Source: Chrysemys picta bellii
Lineage: Eukaryota
Reading direction: 5' to 3'
NCBI RefSeq assembly: GCF_011386835.1
Contig: NC_088791.1
Coordinates: 194,060,001-194,124,000, forward strand
DNA length: 64,000 nucleotides
Part shown: piece after piece, positions 37,597-49,200 of the stretch
Layout: every line of letters starts with the position of its first letter
How positions within the stretch are numbered: the first letter of the stretch is position 1
The notes under the pieces: model-generated
The model's input: the letters and a program-made list of their open reading frames with translations, nothing else
What the model was told of the DNA's origin: nothing
Database searches by the model: none
Translations under genes and position numbers: made by a program

Positions 37597-38036
37597 AAGA
37601 AGCAACAGAGGGTCCTGTGGCACCTTTGAGACTAACAGAAGTACTGGGAGCATAAGCTTTCGTGGGTAAGAACCTCACTTCTTCAGATGCAAGTAATGGA
37701 AATCTCCAGAGGCAGGTATATATCAGTGTGGAGATAACGAGCTTAGTTCAATCAGGGAGGGTGAGGTGCTCTGCTAGCAGTTGAGGTGTGAACACCAAGA
37801 GAGGAGAAACTGTTTCTGTAGTTGGATAGCCATTCACAGTCTTTGTTTAATCCTGATCTGATGGTGTCAAATTTGCAAATGAACTGGAGCTCAGCAGTTT
37901 CTCTTTGGAGTCTGGTCCTGAAGTTTTTTTGCTGTAAGATGGCTACCTTTACATCTGCTATTGTGTGGCCAGGGAGGTTGAAGTGTTCTCCTACAGGTTT
38001 TTGTATATTGCCATTCCTGATATCTGACTTGTGTCC
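37597..38036 (-). mobile_element. Penelope-like element (Neptune clade), 5'-truncated: GIY-YIG endonuclease C-terminus plus 3' UTR
   Basis: GHKSDIRNGNIQKPVGEHFNLPGHTIADVKVAILQQKNFRTRLQRETAELQFICKFDTIRSGLN (stop at 37752); terminal TTAGTCTCAAAGGTGCCACAGGACCC. Confidence 0.9.
37650..37690 (-). ncRNA. Minimal type I hammerhead ribozyme (Penelope-associated)
   Basis: RNA: GCAU-CUGAAGA-A-GUG(A)GGU-UCUU-ACCCAC-GAA-AGCU-U^AUGC. Stem I is GCAU/AUGC, the CUGANGA and GAAA core is intact, and stem III is the palindrome AAGCUU. Confidence 0.8.
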
Positions 38037-39702
38037 GCATATCACACACCCCGGTGCCCCAGGTTTTGCAGCTCTCCCCCACTGCAAATACCTGATCAAG
38101 GAGAGAAGTGGTAGCACCTGCTCCTGGAATCCACTGCAGTTCAGCAGAAGCGCCAGTAGGTGGTGCTGTGTGACAGAACCTCACCTGCGCTGTAACCTGC
38201 CCCGTCTGTCTCAGTCGCAGCTGGGAGCAGGGTGTGAAAGGTGAGCCAGGGGGTCTGTGCGCCACGGTGCGTCTATCCCCCAGCAGCCCTGGCCCCACCC
38301 CTTTCCCCCACGCTGGGCACACTGCGGGCTGAGGCTTGGGAGGGCCCAGGCTGCTTCTGCTGCGTGTTCTGCCCTGCACCCCCAGGAGTGCTCAGCACCG
38401 TGCACCTTGATCCTGTCCACCATGCGACCAGAGCTGGGGATGCCGCAGTCTGGCCAGGGGGGTCCATGCAGAACAGTCTCCAGCAGTGGGTCTCAGCCTT
38501 TGTGGACCCATCTGTAAAGGTTTATGGCCTGTCAGAACCCAGTACCTAGTCTGCGGGTGGAGGCCCTGAGGAGGTTTTGGTTGGATTCTGCCCCTGGCAG
38601 CATTGGGTCCTGCCTGGCACTCACCCCACAGTGCTGGCCTCTGCAGCTCCTGTGCTGAGGGGCTGGCTGGGCTTGGGTGCAACCTCCAGGGTGCAGCATG
38701 GCTCAGGTTTGGCCCCGCCCCCCTCACTGGACCAAATCTGTGTGAGTGCAGCTGTGACCTGGCCCTTGGGGCTGCAGAGCCACTCGCTGAGACTTGGCCT
38801 GCCCGGACTCATGACGGCCGGGCCAAGCCTGAGTGGCGCTGGGACCCAGGGGTTGCAGTGCCTGGAGCAGGGAGGCGAGCCCAGCCAGCCCCGTGGGACA
38901 GGAGCCGCTGGAGCTGCCGAGTGACCCCTTGAACCATTGTGGGGACCCAATTTTGGGTCCCGCCCCCTGGGTTGAGAAACCCTGGTCTATGGGACCTGCC
39001 CCTAAGCTGCAATCACTGCAAGGGCTGGATTAAAACGAATGCGGCATCACACCGCAGATCAAATGCATCCGGGAGGCATTTAGCTCTGACGGTGACGGGG
39101 CTGTAGAAATCCTTAGGCAGATGGATAAGCAGGGACATGCAGCCATGGGGTAGATGCATTTATAATGCAACGTCACTGGATGGGCCGGGGGTGACGGGAG
39201 TGGTACCTGTGTCCGGATCTAAGAGCGCCAGAGATGAAGAAATGACGTATTGTGCTTTTCAAATCTGGGGACTTGTAAGAGATCTTGTGATTCAGGGCCC
39301 TGGCTCGCGGTGTGTGAATGCTTGGGGTCAGCAGCACTGAATAGTGCAGTGCGAAGGAAGCAGTTCCCCGGACCGGGGAAATCGCCCTCCCCTCGCAGGC
39401 TGAGGGTCGCCAGCGTTTGTCCTGGGGAGGCATCTGTCATGTTCTCACAGCATGCCACAGTGGTGGGGATGGAGAACCATGGCCACTGGGAGCTGCAGGG
39501 GGCAGGGGGTGTGTGCCTGCAGACAATCAACGTCAGCAAAATGTCTTGCAGCCTGCATTCAGATTACCCAGATGGGTAAAGAACAGAATTATCAGACACA
39601 TGGATGAGCATGATTTGTTGGGGAAGACTCAACATGGTTTTTGTAAAGGGAAATCATGCCTAGAATTCTTTGAAGGGGTCAACAAGTATGTGGACAAGGA
39701 GG

Positions 39703-40976
39703 TGTAACAATGCGGTTCTGGCGGGACCCAACTGAGAGTGCCCATTCAGGACAAATCGCTTAAAACATGGCAGTTACAGCCCCAGGCTGGGGTTTTTCCA
39801 CCTCTAAGGCAAACCAAACCAGCCAGACTAAGAGGACTTTGGTCTCACCCCACTGGCTAACCACAAGTCACACAAGCAATTCCCTAAGACACTCCAGTTT
39901 CCCAGTATCACCACCAGTGCCACTCGTTATGGGGACAAATGGTTATGAAAACCAATACCCTAATAAAAGGAAAAAGGTTCTCCTGATCCCAAAAGACCAA
40001 GCCCCAGACCCAGGTCAATATACAAATCAGATCTTACCCACAAATCATGCTGTTGCCAATCCTTTAGAATCTAAAATCTAAAGGTTTATTCATAAAAGGA
40101 AAAAGATATAGATAATAAATAAATGGAGATATCCTATGTCTAGAACGGACCTTGAATCCAGCCCCCTGCCTTCACTAGCAGGACCAAATACTGATTTTGC
40201 CCCAGATCCATACGTGGTCCTCTCAAGGATTAAACTCACAACGCTGGGTTTAGCAGGCCAATGCTCAAACCACTGAGCTATCCCTCCCCCCTCATATAGA
40301 TGAGAGTTAGAATTGGTTAAATGGAATCAATGACATACAGTAATGGCAAAGTTCTTGGTTCAAGCTTGCAGCAGCAATACAATAAACTGCAGGTTCAAAT
40401 CAAGTCTCTGGAACATCCCCAGCTGGGATGGGTCATTCAGTCCTTTGTTCAGAGCTTTAGTTTGTAGCAAAGTCCCTCCAGAGGTAAGAAGCAGGATTGA
40501 AGACAAAATGGAGATGAGGCATCAGCCTTATATGGTCTTTTCCAGGTGTAAGAACACCTCTTTGTTCTTACTGTGGAAAATTACAGCAAAATGGAGTCTG
40601 GAGTCACATGGGCCAGTCCCTGCATACTTTTCTGAATCTCAAGGCATATTTGCCTTCTCTCAATGGGTTCATTGTATAGCTCATGGTCCTTAATGGGCCA
40701 TCAAGCAGGCTAGGCAGAGCTAACACCAACTTGTCTGGGTGTCACCCAGAAGCATAGCATAAGTTTGAAATACAGACAGTATAGAGCCAATATTCATAAC
40801 TTCAACTACAAAACTGATACACACATATAGACAGCATAATCATAACCAGCAAACTATAACCTTGTCTTAGACACCCCATTTGACCCCCGCCCCTTTACAA
40901 GATTTGGTGCCACTACAGTACCTTGTTCTATGCAACCATGTTCTATATAGTCCCAGATTATGTCAATAACGTCACA
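39703..40976 (-). mobile_element. Gypsy (Gmr1-family) solo LTR, 5-bp TSD GGAGG, containing a SINE
   Basis: TGTAACAATG...GTCACA; homologous to the 45298 and 50554 LTRs; GGAGG at 39698-39702 and 40977-40981. Confidence 0.92.
40113..40292 (-). mobile_element. tRNA-derived SINE inserted in the solo LTR (TSD about ATATAGAT)
   Basis: Reverse complement GGGGAGGGATAGCTCAGTGGTTTGAGC..GAGTTTAATCC..GATATCTCCATTTATTTATT; absent from the other LTR copies. Confidence 0.85.
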
Positions 40977-41467
40977 GGAGGATCCAGTGGATATAGTTGG
41001 ATGTAGTTGGACTTTCAGAAAACCTTTGACAAGGTCTCTCACCAAAGCCTCTTAAGCAAAGTAAGCAGTCATGGGATAAGAGGGAAGGTCCTCTCATAGG
41101 TCAGTGACTGGTTAAAAGATAGGAAACAAAGGATAGGAATAAAGTGTCAATTTTCAGAATGGAAAGAGGTAAATAGCAGGGACCAGTGCTGTTCAACATA
41201 GTCATAAATGATCTGGAAAAAGGGGTAAACAGTGAGGTAGCAAAATTTGGAGATGATACAAAACTACTCAAGATAGTTAAGTCCAAAGTAGACCGCAAAG
41301 AGTTACAAAGAGACCTTACAAAACTGTGTGACTGGGCAACAAACTGGCAGATGAAATTCAATGTTGATAAATGCAAAGTAAAGCACATTGGAAAACATAA
41401 TCCCAACTATACATATAAAATGATGGGGTCTAAGTTAGCTGTTATCACTCAAGAAAGATCTTGGAGT

Positions 41468-42052
41468 TGCTAGGCCCAAGAAAATGGAGTATAGAACAGG
41501 TTGTTTGGCCAGCTTAGCCAGAGGTAGGCTAACAGTAGTTGCTGGGCCATTCCTGTCTCTCGGTGAAACATGAAGACATGCTTGCTTGGGCTTCAAAGAA
41601 TAAGATAAGAGGGGGGCTGCATTCTTGTACCAGATGTACTAGGAACAGTTCGCTTGGGCAAATGAAGACTTGCTGTCTCCACTCCCTGTTCTGGTTTTCG
41701 TCTGTTCTTAACTCCCTCCTGTCTTTTGGTTACTGATGCATGAAAACAAAGCTGATAAAAAGTTGCTGGGGCATCACGAATTGTTTGTAGTGTCAAGAAG
41801 ATAGACATGCATGAATATTAGAAGCTTTTAACTAATAAAGGTGGATTGGGTTGGTTTAACTATGACGCGACGGAACGGTCTATATAATCTCACTGGATTA
41901 TTGTAATCGGGGCTGGTTCTCTCTGGAGACGGGCCGCTCTCTATTGTTGTGTGCACTCCTCAATAAAGAGCTTGTGTTTGGACCTTGCTGGTGTTGCCTG
42001 TCTCTTTGCGGTCAGCCAACGAACCGTGCTGTCTGGGTTCAAGTCCCCGACA
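41468..42052 (+). mobile_element. ERV-like solo LTR (585 bp), 4-bp TSD GAGT
   Basis: TG...CA ends with GAGT at 41464-41467 and 42053-42056; TATATAA at ~41882 and AATAAA at ~41962. Confidence 0.88.
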
Positions 42053-42859
42053 GAGTCATTGTGGATAGTTCTCTGAAAACACCCTCTCCGTGTGCAGCGG
42101 CAGTCAAAAAAGCAAACAGAATGTTGGGAATCATTAAGAAAGGGTTAGATAATAGGACAGAAAATACCATATTGCCTCTATATAAATCCATGGTACGCCC
42201 ATATCTTGAATACTGCGTGAAGATGTGGTCGCCCCATCTGAAAAAAGATATATTGGAATTGGAAAAGGTTCAGAAAAGGGCAAGAAAAAATGATTAGGGG
42301 TATGGAACGGCTTCCATATGAGACGAGATTAATTAATAAGCCTGGGACCTTTCAGCTTGGAAAAGAGACGACTAAGGGGCGATAGGATAGAGGTCTATAA
42401 AATCATAATTGCTGTGAAGAAAGTAAATCAAGAAGTGTTATTTACTTCTCATAACACAAGAACTAGGGGCCATCAAATGAAATTAATCGGCAGCAGGTTT
42501 AAAACAAACAAAAGGAAGTATTTTTCAATTTTTCAATTTTTTTCAATTTTCAAGTCAACCTGTGGAACTCCTTGCGAGGGGCTGTTGTGAAGGCCAAGAC
42601 TATGATAGGACAAACAGCAGCGTTAACCCATTCTCTTCTGATCACCAGTCTGCAAACACACTGTCAGAGAGCCCTTACGCTTATAGAAACTTTTTAATTT
42701 TAAAAATAACTGAAATGTACAAACATGAAGAAATGGAACTGTGCACCAACGTTGGGTGGACCAGCATTCAACAGTGTTACAGCAGGTGACAGCTGTACAA
42801 TGTTAACCCTCGCCCTTTAGTTCAAAACGTGGCTTTTCTTGCCTTTGCCCTCGGAAACT

Positions 42860-43990
42860 GTAGCAAAGCGAGAGAGGCAACAACTAGCCAATTCATTTTC
42901 AAGTGGTAAAATAGCAAGCCATGTCAGTCGCTCGCCAGGCGCAAATCAATCAAAGATATGTTTTAATGAGCCCGAGCTTCAAAAAGGTGTGCTCACCACT
43001 CACGACCAGAGATGTCCCTTGGGTTGGGAGAATTGGGGCAACCGCTCCAGGCCCCACACTTTGTGGGGGCCCCACAGGCCGGTGTGATTGGATGGTGTGG
43101 TCGGTCCCGGAAGACGAATCCGTCACTTCCACCCAGGGCCCCGCAGCCCGCTAGGGATGGCCCTGCTCACGACTGTGACTGGCAGCGTGAGCAGAATCCT
43201 CAAAGCTCTCCACACATTAGGAGAAGTGTCCTTCAGCTCTGCATCATGAATGAACTGGAGAACTTGGAGTGGAGAGTGCTTCCCATGTGCCAAAATGTGA
43301 TGGATGTTGTCCAATTTGACATAGAAGTCTTTATCACTGATGTCCGAGCATTTTCCATGTGTCAGCGTCCATTGAAGTTCCGTATAATTGTTCAATCAAT
43401 CACTGATGTCCGAGCGTTTTCCCATCTGCTGTCAGTTTACTGAGGTCATATAAATGCCTCCAGGTCTTTTTGTGGTGCTTCATTTGTCCAAATCTTTCTT
43501 TGATGGACACTCCAGCCTTGTCAATGAGTGAGCAAAAAAACTCCCTCTTGAATTTTTCTTCTGAGCTTCCCATTACCTCATCTCTGCCCTCGTAACCAAT
43601 CTGTCTCTTCTTCCGATGAATACGAGATTCCTTGAAGATCGGCTCAACTCCTAAGTTTTCTACCATTTCTTTGGCAGCAGTGATGGCATCTTCAAATCCG
43701 TTGTCTCTGTAGGCCATAACGAGATCAAGGCAGCGTCTCATCAAAGTAGTAGCAGTTGCAATGTCCATTAACTGAGTTTGTAATGCCTTGTAATGTTTAC
43801 TTGGAACAGAATTTCATGCCAAACCACAATTGAGACCAGAAATTTGAAGTCAGTGATCTGATTTGCCAAGCTTTGCACCTCGTGTCCGATTGTGGCCTCA
43901 GGTTTACTCAACTGCACCAGTTCCATCTAGGCATTGTAAACCTCAGTCACTTGGTATCTCACTAGCCTTATGCTCACTCTTCAAGTCTTC
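42860..43990 (-). mobile_element. hAT transposase remnant (ZMYM1/Tip100-like), C-terminal half, disrupted
   Basis: DFKFLVSIVVWHEIL...RKKRQIGYEG...F..LID...ERF.QM...PNVWRALRILLTLPVTV|..SGEHTFLKL.LIKTYL (hAT dimerisation motif). Confidence 0.85.
43007..43165. mobile_element. Small hAT MITE with 8-bp TSD CTCACGAC, nested in the transposase remnant
   Basis: CTCACGAC at 42999-43006 and 43166-43173; imperfect TIR CAG.GA.GTCCCT / AGGGATGGCCCTG. Confidence 0.85.
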
Positions 43991-46266
43991 AACACACGTA
44001 CACTTTCACAATTACACAATAAAACAAGGTTCACAGTATTGCATCTGGTCTCTCACTTCATTTCGTTTATATATCTCAGTGGTCTCCAAAGTGGGGTGCG
44101 CAAGAGGATCCTTCACTTCCTCCCCTCTCACAACGCTGCAGAAGCGGAGCCACAGAGCAGCTGGGGATCCAGCGTGGGGGCTGAGAACCCACGGGACCCT
44201 GGGAGCTGTAGTTCCTTGGCCAGCTCCCTGCCTAGAGAGCCAGCCCTGGAGCAGGGAAAGAACTACCTTTCCCAGCAATCCCTTGGCAGCTATCAACAGG
44301 AAAGGGAGGGGGAGGGAGTGAGGTAGCTGAGCCATGCTGCAGCTTGCTGTGAGTCGAAAGGGGTGGCACTGTGAATGGGGAACAAGTGTGCCCAAGGAGT
44401 AGAAGGCTTTGCCCCAGATATCCCCTTCAGAAGACTTCCCCAGACTGGATTAGGGATACTGGTATGACCTCACCTTGCAGCCCCCAAAGAAGGAATTGGG
44501 GGGGACTAAACGGACGGTGCACCTCTCTATCTGAAGCCTAGCAAGGGAGATACGTGGATCCCACTAGAATTTAAAATGAAAAGTAAGGGAGGGGAGGCTC
44601 TGGACCTGGGCAGCTTTAAATACAGTACCAGGCACTTAGGAGGATTTCCACTTCTGAGCCATGGAAGCAGAAATTGACTTTTCCTTTCCCGATATAGCTA
44701 ATATTCAGAAAGGGAATCTAGCACCTTCCTTCCAGATTTGAACACCCTCAAAATTCAGGAGTGCTCAAGCTCAATTCGGGCAGCTGTTACTTCATTTCTC
44801 CCAAATCAAATATACTGAGCCACTGTAACTTGCTGTAGGAAAAGTAGATTAAAATTGAGCAAGAAGTGTTTTTAGGACTGGAATTGCTATTTTCAACAGC
44901 CATTGCCTTTTTTTTCTTTTCTTTAGTTTTATTTGTTTAAAAGGAAGACAGTGATATTGCATTGGCAAATTCCCCAGAGAAAGAAAGAGTGGAACAAAAG
45001 AATAATAAAGGCACCTCGACTTATAATATGCATCCAGATATCCTCCAATCACACAAGCTGAAAACTGTTCCACTTTACTGCAGTTCTGTAACCATATGGG
45101 AACCAATCCTGTCTGTGTTCTGTGCACATCCAAAATTCTTGCTGAATGACCTGCCCTGGGAGCGAGTTACCAGTGACCCAGGGCTAGGACATCAGGAGGG
45201 TGCAGGTTGGGGGGAGAGCCCAGGGCTGGGGCAGCAGGGGGGTGGGGGGCACTGGTGGAGGGGAAAATGGGGAGCCCAGCGCTGGGGTGGCAGGGGGTGT
45301 GACAATGCGGTTCTGGGGGAACCCAACTGAGAGTGCCAACTCAGGACAAATTGCTCAAATAGGGCAGTTACAGCCCAAGGCTGGGGTTTTTTCCACCTCT
45401 AAGGCAAACCAAACCAGCCAGACTAAGAGGACTTCAGTCTCACCCCACTGGCTAACTGCAAGTCTCACAAGCAATCTCCTTAGATACTCCAGTTTCCCAG
45501 TATTACCACCAGTACCACTCGTTATGGGGACAAATGGTTATGAAAACCAATACCCCAGTAAAAGAAAAAGGTTCTCCTGATCCCAAAGGACCAAGCCCCA
45601 GACCCAGGTCAATATACAAATCAGATCTTACCCACAAATCACGCTGTTGTCAATCCTTTAGAATCTAAAATCTAAAGGTTTATTCATAAAAGGAGAAAGA
45701 TAGAGATGAGAGTTAGAATTGGTTAAAGGGAATCAATTACATACAGTAATGGCAAAGTTCTTGGTTCAGGCTTGCAGCAGCGATGGAATAAACTGCAGGT
45801 TCAAATCATGTCTCTGGAATACATCCCCCGCTGGGATGGGTCCTCAGTCCTTTGTTCCAAGCTTCAGCTTGTAGCAAAGTTCCTCCAGAGGTAAGAAGCA
45901 GGATTGAAGACAAGATGGAGATCAGGCATCAGCCTTATATAGTCTTTTCCAGGTGTAAGAACACCTCTTTGTTCTTAAATTACAGCAACATGGAGTCTGG
46001 AGTCACATGGGCCAGTCCCTGCATACTTTGCTGAGGTACAAGGCGTACCTGCCTTCTCTCAATGGGTCCATTGTATAGCTGATGGTCCTTAATGGGCCAT
46101 TAAGCAGGCTAGGCAGAGCTAATCTCAGCTTGTCTGGGATGTCACCCAGAAGCATAGCATAAGTTTGCCATACAGACAGTATAGAGCCAATATTCATAAC
46201 TTGGACTACAAAACTGATACACACATATAGACAGCATAATCATAACCAGTAAACCATAACCTTGTC

Positions 46267-49200
46267 CTAGACACCCCATTTGACCCCCTTTATACAAGAT
46301 TTGGGTGCCACTACAGGACCTTGGTTGCAACAATGATCTATATGGTCCCAGTTTATGTCAATAACGTCACACCCCCAACGCAAAATTGATGCAGGAAGGG
46401 ATGACACAAACATCACTGACTGCATCCCAAGAGCTCCCCATCCTGGGTTCTGTCTCACTACAGCTAGTATTGGGTTAGAAGCCATACCAGTGTATAACAG
46501 AAATGGTTTATCAAAATCATGTTCAACCACATGATTGAACCTCTTTACAAACTCAAGGTAACACTTAGTTAGAACAATAGTGGATTGGATCTGCTCTGGC
46601 AGCATGGTTCCTGTATGTGCCATGTGATCTTGCCAAGAGCTAAAGAAAACTGCTACTTTATTCATACAAGCTCGGGCCAATGTTTGGAACCCAATTAACA
46701 TCGAATAAATGCAGATATTAATGTTCTTCATAGTCCAGGAATCTTGGCATTTAGCCATGAAAGCAATATGGTAGTGTGCCTCAGTCTTCCTTTTCATACA
46801 GCACATTAGGTCTGGAATGTCCTTTCCCCTGTGAAAAGTTCCCATATTGTTTATATGCATTGCCTGTGAAACCCCAGTGTAACAAGGCCTTTTAACATAA
46901 CGTGTGTTTTCATGTATTCCTTTTAACATGTTCAAGGAATTCTCCAAAAGATTAGGCACATTGTATATTTTTACAGTTTGTGGCAATAGCAACACATTAA
47001 TTACAAAATTTAGCAATAACAACAAGTTCATTGCAAGTGTCCATCTACAGTCATGTTTGTCATGCCACCCCTTTGGCTCAATACCATTGGAGTTTGGGCA
47101 TTTTAGGGTTAACCTGCGGCTTCCCTTTGCAAAATTCAGTTTTCTCTTTCCTCCTTGTCCTGCAGGATCAAACCCTGATTTCTTTTGCTTAACAGAATTC
47201 ACTGGCTGATGGGGTGGGCCCTCTTTGCTAACAGCTATTAGCAAGTCCTTCCTTTCCCAGCCAGGCAAGTAATTTGCACTACCCCAGACCAGAGCCAGTC
47301 CACCAGTTTTCATATTCGTAACTGCTATCATCTCCAAGGCTGGACTCTGTCTTAAAGAGATACCACACAAATCCAAAGAGTCTGCGGGTGAGAGTTTGCT
47401 TCCTCTCCCCCGCATCCTCAAGCATTTAGCCATAAAACTGCTCTGCTCTGACACATCAGTAACCAAATCTGTCCTCAAACCCTGAAGCACAAACTGCTCA
47501 TTTAAAGAATCAGAAAGGAGACATTCCTGTTCCAACACCATTGTCTCCCCAACAAGTCGGCCCCACACAGCCACTGGGTTATAGGGATGCCTCAATTCCT
47601 TAACAACTTTTACTTCCTCTGAGACCTTCTTAAAGCTACCCACACTGGATCTTTTACAAGGAAAGTTAGTGGATCCCTTCCTAGGAACTGAAACTTTCTT
47701 GATTAAATCACTTTCACACCCTTCAATTGCAGGGAACTGCTTGCACCGAGTACCATGAGGATTCCTTTCTTCAGGAGCTTTTTTAAGCAGCAATTCACCC
47801 CTCACAGAAATTCTGCCCATACCCTCTTCACCTAGGGCTTGCTCTAAAGGCACACTTTCCTGAGCAACAACAGACTCTGTCTGGGTCTTACTTACATTCA
47901 GGATCACCTTTGGCCCATCAGGCAGATCTCTACACAATCCCCTTTCAGGCGAACCCATAGACTTCCTAGATAAAAGGTTAGAAATACTTCCCTTCTCTTT
48001 GCCACACACAAGCTTAGGAATTTTTTCCTTTTTGCTACAAGTTGTTAAACTGTCGGTAGGTAACACAACCAAATTACCTTTCTGCTCTCCTTGTGCCCTG
48101 GCTAGGGTATCACCCTGATCAGACAGAGTTGTTACACCCTTCTCCAACCACACATGAGCAACAGGCAAAATACAAGCACCAGAATTGTTTGGTCTCTGGG
48201 ATTTTGCTAAGCCACTAACTGGATGCAACCTAGTTACGGGGCCATTCTCCCCAGCAGATGCAAACTTAGGACCATTCCCTTCCTGGGCTTTAGTTGAATC
48301 CAGAACCAACTCTGAGACAACTAAATTACTCTCAACCATCACAGGCCGAAAGGCACCTTCCGTCTGCTCCACAGACAAAAAAGAGTTGGAGACGCATTTT
48401 CCTTTACTAGACATACTGTTTGGGATTTCATTTCCCTTGTCCCAGCACACCGGGCTGTTCACAGACAACTGCTTGGAGACTGGGGTAGCTTCCTCCATAG
48501 GCAAGTTAATACCCCTGACAGACACAGGCACATTTCCTTCACTGTCACTATTCTTCGCACAGGAAACAGATAAGGTATAGGGACACTCATCTTCCACTCT
48601 CCTTGCCTTCCCAAACTGCTGACTAGATAAAGCCATCAGCTCACAAGACTGCCTAGGCTCATCCAAAATCTCCTTGTTCTCCTCTCCCTTCGCTTGATCT
48701 AATTCCAGATTTACTTCTGAGACCTTAGATAGACATTCAGAAACTTCGTTCACAGCCAAACAGCTACTTTCCAAAGACAAACTTTTGGAGAAACCCTCCA
48801 TAGGCACAACCTTAGGATCAATCCTCTCTTGTGCCTGGTTTGTATTAACTTGACTGACCATAGCTTTAATATCATTTCCAATCATAATATCCTTAGGGAT
48901 TATGTCTTTTACTCCCACAACCATGGTGCCCTCCAATCCCTTCCATTTCAGGTGGATTTTAGCCAAAGGCACCCTGACAAAATACTTAGATAAGGCTACA
49001 ACAGTTACATCTTCACCTGGCAAATAATCTTCCTTCCTGACAAGACTTGCTTTAACCAGAGTAATATCTGCTGCGGTGTCCCTCCATGCCATACACCTCA
49101 CTCCATTCACTTCTGCACTGCTAATAAACTCTGCATTATTTCCCCCATATTTAGCTTTAATGTGAGTTTTAAGGTCAAATCCTTCAGAGACAACAGAAAC

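Larger units (their letters stand above)
37443..38191 (+). repeat. ~154-bp direct repeat (37443-37596 and 38037-38191) flanking the Penelope insertion
   Basis: Copies differ by about 4 substitutions and 1 indel by eye and abut the element exactly. Confidence 0.9.
39578..42600 (+). mobile_element. CR1 LINE ORF2 (RT to 3' region), interrupted by two solo LTRs
   Basis: CR1 pieces at 39578-39702, 40977-41467 and 42053-42600 rejoin across the TSDs (GGACAA-GGAGG-ATCCAG; CTTG-GAGT-CATTGTGG). Confidence 0.9.

Noticed and set aside
42520-42556. (TTTTCAA)n expansion within CR1
   Set aside because: This is simple slippage in a dead element, with no sign of function.
46960-47050. Hydrophobic stretch (MNLLLLLNFVINVLLLP) suggesting an env gene
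   Set aside because: It lies between the IN-like and RT-like remnants. There is no furin site, CX6CC motif or separate ORF.
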